A DNA stretch of 64,000 nt, taken from assembly GCF_032191835.1 (NCBI RefSeq), contig NC_083232.1, positions 72,416,001-72,480,000 on the forward strand, read 5' to 3'. Shown here piece by piece: positions 59,870 to 64,000 of the stretch. The number at the start of each line of letters is the position of its first letter. Position 1 is the stretch's first letter. Under the pieces are notes generated by a model. That model saw only the letters and a program-made list of their open reading frames with translations, made no database searches and was not told the DNA's origin. Source of the DNA: Heteronotia binoei (Eukaryota). The translations under genes were made by a program, and so were the position numbers.

Positions 59870-62614
59870 TGACCCCAGCTAGCAAAAATTCTGCCCAGGG
59901 ATTGTTTGGTGAAAAAAATAGCTACTGGAATGCCCATTCCCTGCCCTTCCTGGCTAAAAAAACCCGCACATACCCTTCTTTGCTGTCCAGGCCTCCCGGG
60001 GAAATCTCCCCAAAAGAACACACTGCAAGGCACATGAAAGCTCATACCTTGAAGAACACTTCATGTGTCTAAAGTGCCAGTGGATACTAGCTTTTCTCTC
60101 AAACAATGGGAGCGGGGGAGAAGGAAGGAGAGACAGCCCAGCTCCTTTCTGCACAACACAGAGATGGGGCGGGGCTAGCTTAGGTGGGGGCAGGGCTAGC
60201 TTTGGCTTTTCTTGTGACCCGGTAGTAAGGATTCCGTGGCCCTGGTATCAGGTCATGACCCTGCAAATGGGAAACACTGTTCTAGAGCACTGTCTTGCCC
60301 AGCACAACAGTGGCCAATCAAATCATAGCAATGATAAGCAATGAAGGCTCTTTCACAATCTTTACTGCATTAAGGAAAGAGAACAAAGCAGATGCGTACA
60401 GGTGTGTTTGGAGAAGAGGTGTTTCCTTAGAACTCCAGTTGAGTTTGCAAGGGCGAAAAAAAGGCCACCCTCAGATTTCAACACAAAATAGCTGTAACGC
60501 ACAAAATAAAATAACAGAAACTACTAAGGCTAGGCAGGAACCTTTTCAAGGAATCTGCATACATTACTAAGTAACTATGGAAACGTACTAATTCCACTCT
60601 GAAGAAGCATCATTAATATTTGAGAGATTTTTTTTGATTAGGAGAAATCTGTTCCTTTTAAAAGATTTTTTTCCTGTTAGAAAAGATTTTCCAAAAACTG
60701 AAGCACAAGTTTTGTAAAACTGCGCATCAAGTGGATGTCTAACACGGATAGACAGCAAAAAATATGTATTTTGTGTCCAACATGCCCTGTTCTGCAGTGT
60801 GTCCAGCTATTTCTGACCTGTCAGATGGATTCTGTGAAAGTCCTAAAGGACTGTCTATAAAGAGGGTCACCACATCACAAGGGAGGAAATGGCAAAGTTG
60901 TGACAAAGGAGGGGCTCAGTACTGTTTGAAATAGGGAAACGTGTAATAGGAGGAAGTTAATAAAGAGCTTTAGAGGAGTAAGATACCTTATGGACATTCC
61001 TGCAAATCTGTGGAGGCCGTTTGATGTGCTAAAGCCAATGTGTTAGTCAACAATGCCACTGTGTTAAAATAAAGTGAGCAAAGCATCCTTCTGTACAAGT
61101 GGGTTCTGTACAAGTGGCATCCTTCTGTACAAGTGGGTTAAACAGCATGTACCCTATGGGGTGAAGTAGTACTGCCCCCTGCTCAATAATACATTGTCTA
61201 GTTTCTGACTCAGAAAGATATATTATTTCCCAAGTATACATTTCCGATGATCTTCTCTTTCATTTAATTTGAGCACATGCGGCTGTTTTATAGGGAATCA
61301 GACCACTGGTCCATCAAGGTCAGATTGTCAAACAAGGCAGCAGTTCTCTAAAGTCTCAGGACATCACCTACTACCTGGTCCTCATAAGTAGAGATGCTGG
61401 GGATCAAACCTGACTTCTTCTGCATGCCAAACAAATGCCCTACCAGGATATGAGGTGCAGACCTGTCACAGTCATCTTCTGCCTTATGCTCAGATGTCAG
61501 ATGCAAAGCTGATGCTAGTATTCAGCAACTCCTAGCTTTATTCCAAATGGAAGTAGTTATACAGATACCCCCATGTACAGAAGAATTTATGTGCGGTTAT
61601 TATCCATCCTTGGCACTTAACTTCTGAAGACAGCAAGAAGAAAAATGGAAGGTGCTGGTTGAGAAAAAGATGAGGAGAAAAAGAGAAGCCAAAAAGGCAA
61701 GCAAAACAGTAGCATTACATCCAGAGGTCATATATCCTACTTGCTTTCCTCCAGCTCATGTAGCCTTTACCCATCTGCTCTGTGTTGTAACTTATTTATT
61801 GGCTAGTTGTCCTAGAAGGAAGCATGGTGGGCCAAGGTTTGATTAGAGCTAACCTATCATATAGCAGATGAAAATCACTGAAAGAAAGCAAGGAAGAAAT
61901 GGTAGGAAAATATATATGAGTCAAATGCTATTAACCGGCAGAGCGTAAGAGATTTGCTAAGGGATAAATTATTTAGAAAATTAATTAATTAATACATGCT
62001 TCATTTGTACCCCACTTTCCTCCCCAAATGGGGACCCAAAGTGGCTTACAACATTCCCCCCTCCTCCATTTTATCTTCACAATGATCAGGTGAATATATG
62101 ACTTGCCCAAGGTTCCCTGATAGGCTTCCATGGCATGGTAGAATGAGGACTTGAAGCTGGGTTTCCAAGATTCTAATCTAACCACTACACCATGCTGGCT
62201 CCTAAGTGCAACACTAAATCTGTCCCAGTTTGTCAGAAAGAAAAAGAAACAGGAAGCAAAAGTAGTACATTAAACATTATTTTTCTTTAAAATAGTTATG
62301 CGCCACACGTATCAGGTCTATTTACCTCAAAAGTACACAAAAGTGTTTGTTTTTATGAGAATATAATATAATAATGCTAACTTAATTATTATAAAAGTTG
62401 CTCTGAAATGCTCTGCTCCTTCAAGCCTGAAAAGTGGTCCAGACACATTATAATAATATAGTATCCATTTTTGTACCAGCACACTTCAGTAGCACCAATG
62501 TCCCCTCATGTTAACAGAATAGAAAGGAAACCTAATCTTAACATACACATGATTGATGTAACCTACAAACTTTCGAGGGCAGGTCTCATTGTTCATCATC
62601 ATTTATACTCACAC

Positions 62615-62758
62615 CTTTGCATAGGCGGATGTTCTAATAAACCACTGTTTGAGATATTTCTTTTCCACTTTTGCTCCTGAGCGCCACGAACAGCCATTTT
62701 CATCCACCTGTTCATTAGCGAGGACAGTCTGGTCCACGGGGTCCCAATTAACCATGGC
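62615..62758 (-). CDS. LARS2: LARS2 coding exon (~exon 8), 144 bp
   Basis: TTTAG|GCC...AAG|GTGTGA. Encodes [48 protein letters not shown], a LeuRS-family signature segment. Phase 0-0. Confidence 0.96.
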
Positions 62759-63439
62759 CTAAATGATGCAAGGGAAGAAGGGACGTAGTAAGCATGTCCA
62801 CTCAAACACAGAGCCAGTGTTTCAGATCTAGTTGGCACAAATTCACTTTTTCTGACTCCCTAACACACATCATTTTGAGAAATTATCTGGTAAGAAGGGA
62901 TTCAATTAATCGTCTCTTTTGGTTACTCCATTAATCTGCTGCAGTAAAAATAAAACAGGGGTCTTAAGGTTCTGAAAGACGAGCAAGATTTAATTTTAAC
63001 GCAAGTTTTCATGGACTACAGCCCACTTGGTCAGATACTTTTAAAGCTCTGTTGGTACACACACCAGAATTTTTTCTCGGTATATTTCCCAAATAGACAA
63101 GGTCATGGAATCAGTTTAACAATGAATGGGATTTTAATTGACCATACTAAAGAACACTTAAATAATTTGCACCAGGATTCAAATTCCAGATGTGCCCCAG
63201 AGTTTGCACTCAGCTGGTTCAATTTTTGACCTTTCCTTTGAACACAAGATCCTTAATGACATATAACAATCTGATTTTAAAATGCCCTTAGTATAAAAAG
63301 CAGTTTTCCAAGTGGCTTGTATAAGGCTACTGCTTGAGAAGGCCCATTAGATGTGTAGAACTAGCTGTGTGGGTTCTTTAGGTCAGGGTTTTAACATTCC
63401 TAGCAAGCTCCAGGAGTTCTAGATGAAGGGACACTGGAT

Positions 63440-63632
63440 AGTTCTGGCCTCTGTCATGGCAGCTGAATAGCAACTTAATATTCAGAGACAGGGTGCCTCT
63501 GAATCCCAGATGCTGACAACAGGGGATGGCTCCTGACTTCACGCCCTGCTTGTGAGCTGGCCACTGCTGGAAACAGGATGGTGCCCCACATGATCTTTTG
63601 GACTGACTCACTAGGCTCTTCTGATGTTCTTA
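63440..63632 (+). mobile_element. Older CR1 3' end fragment
   Basis: Ends GGCTCTTCTGATGTTCTTA. A related minus-strand copy lies at ~53313-53490. Confidence 0.55.
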
Positions 63633-64000
63633 GAAGACAATCCTACAACTAATCTCACAGACTTTTATTAGCATCAGGCTGATTTAAGACAAAAGGGTAA
63701 ATCATTTAGCTCTCAGCTAAGTCAGTGTGAGGCACACCTGATTATAAATTTCTCAGAAACCTCTGCATCAATGCTCTGAATTTTGGGGAAACAGAACGCA
63801 AGTCCAGCAGTGCCTTAAAGACTAACGCTTATTCCAGCGGGCACATCTGTGACTCAGCGCTCACAGATGTTTTGGGGCCACTCAAATTCAACATATTCAC
63901 AGTGCAAAGAAGAAAATATAATGTTGCTAAATAACACACAAACCTTTTCTGCATTGTTTAATCATTCCCAGGAACTGGAACCAGACAACTGGAACCATGT

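Larger units (their letters stand above)
58075..60279. mobile_element. hAT-Charlie-like element (~2.2 kb) with nested repeats and N runs
   Basis: CAGGGTTTCCCA / TGGGAAACACTG termini. TSD CTCTAGAG/TTCTAGAG matches the NTCTAGAN Charlie target preference. Confidence 0.55.

Noticed and set aside
59105-60045. Long ORFs containing X runs
   Set aside because: They are open only because N bases cannot form stop codons.

Overview
Squamate reptile nuclear DNA, probably a gecko (inferred from Sauria-type SINEs and the MITE families present). The minus strand carries 13 consecutive internal coding exons of LARS2 (mitochondrial leucyl-tRNA synthetase; human-equivalent exons ~8-20, numbering from recall). 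All have AG/GT boundaries, compatible phases and the KMSKS motif, and the gene runs off both edges of the window. The introns are rich in transposable elements. The main accessory feature is a complete, apparently intact and very young Ty3/Gypsy chromovirus of the Tf1/sushi type at 9688-15231. Its two 605-bp LTRs differ at 1 position, it has a 5-bp TACAC target-site duplication (TSD), and it sits inside a hAT MITE. It has no tRNA primer-binding site (PBS); its PBS is instead complementary to the predicted transcript 5' end, which indicates self-priming. It also shows a candidate -1 frameshift pseudoknot between gag and pol, and a Pol frame that runs 232 nt into the 3' LTR. A diverged solo LTR of the same family (48281-48876) keeps that LTR reading frame and the self-priming signal. 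Three Penelope-like insertions are fold-backs whose inversion points fall at the hammerhead-ribozyme stem II, including a perfect 165-bp palindrome nested in a Sauria SINE. There is also an unassigned ~1 kb array of palindromic units, a 3'-deleted APE-type LINE, many SINE/MITE/CR1/L2 fragments and two N runs. All alignments and counts were done by eye, without database searches.
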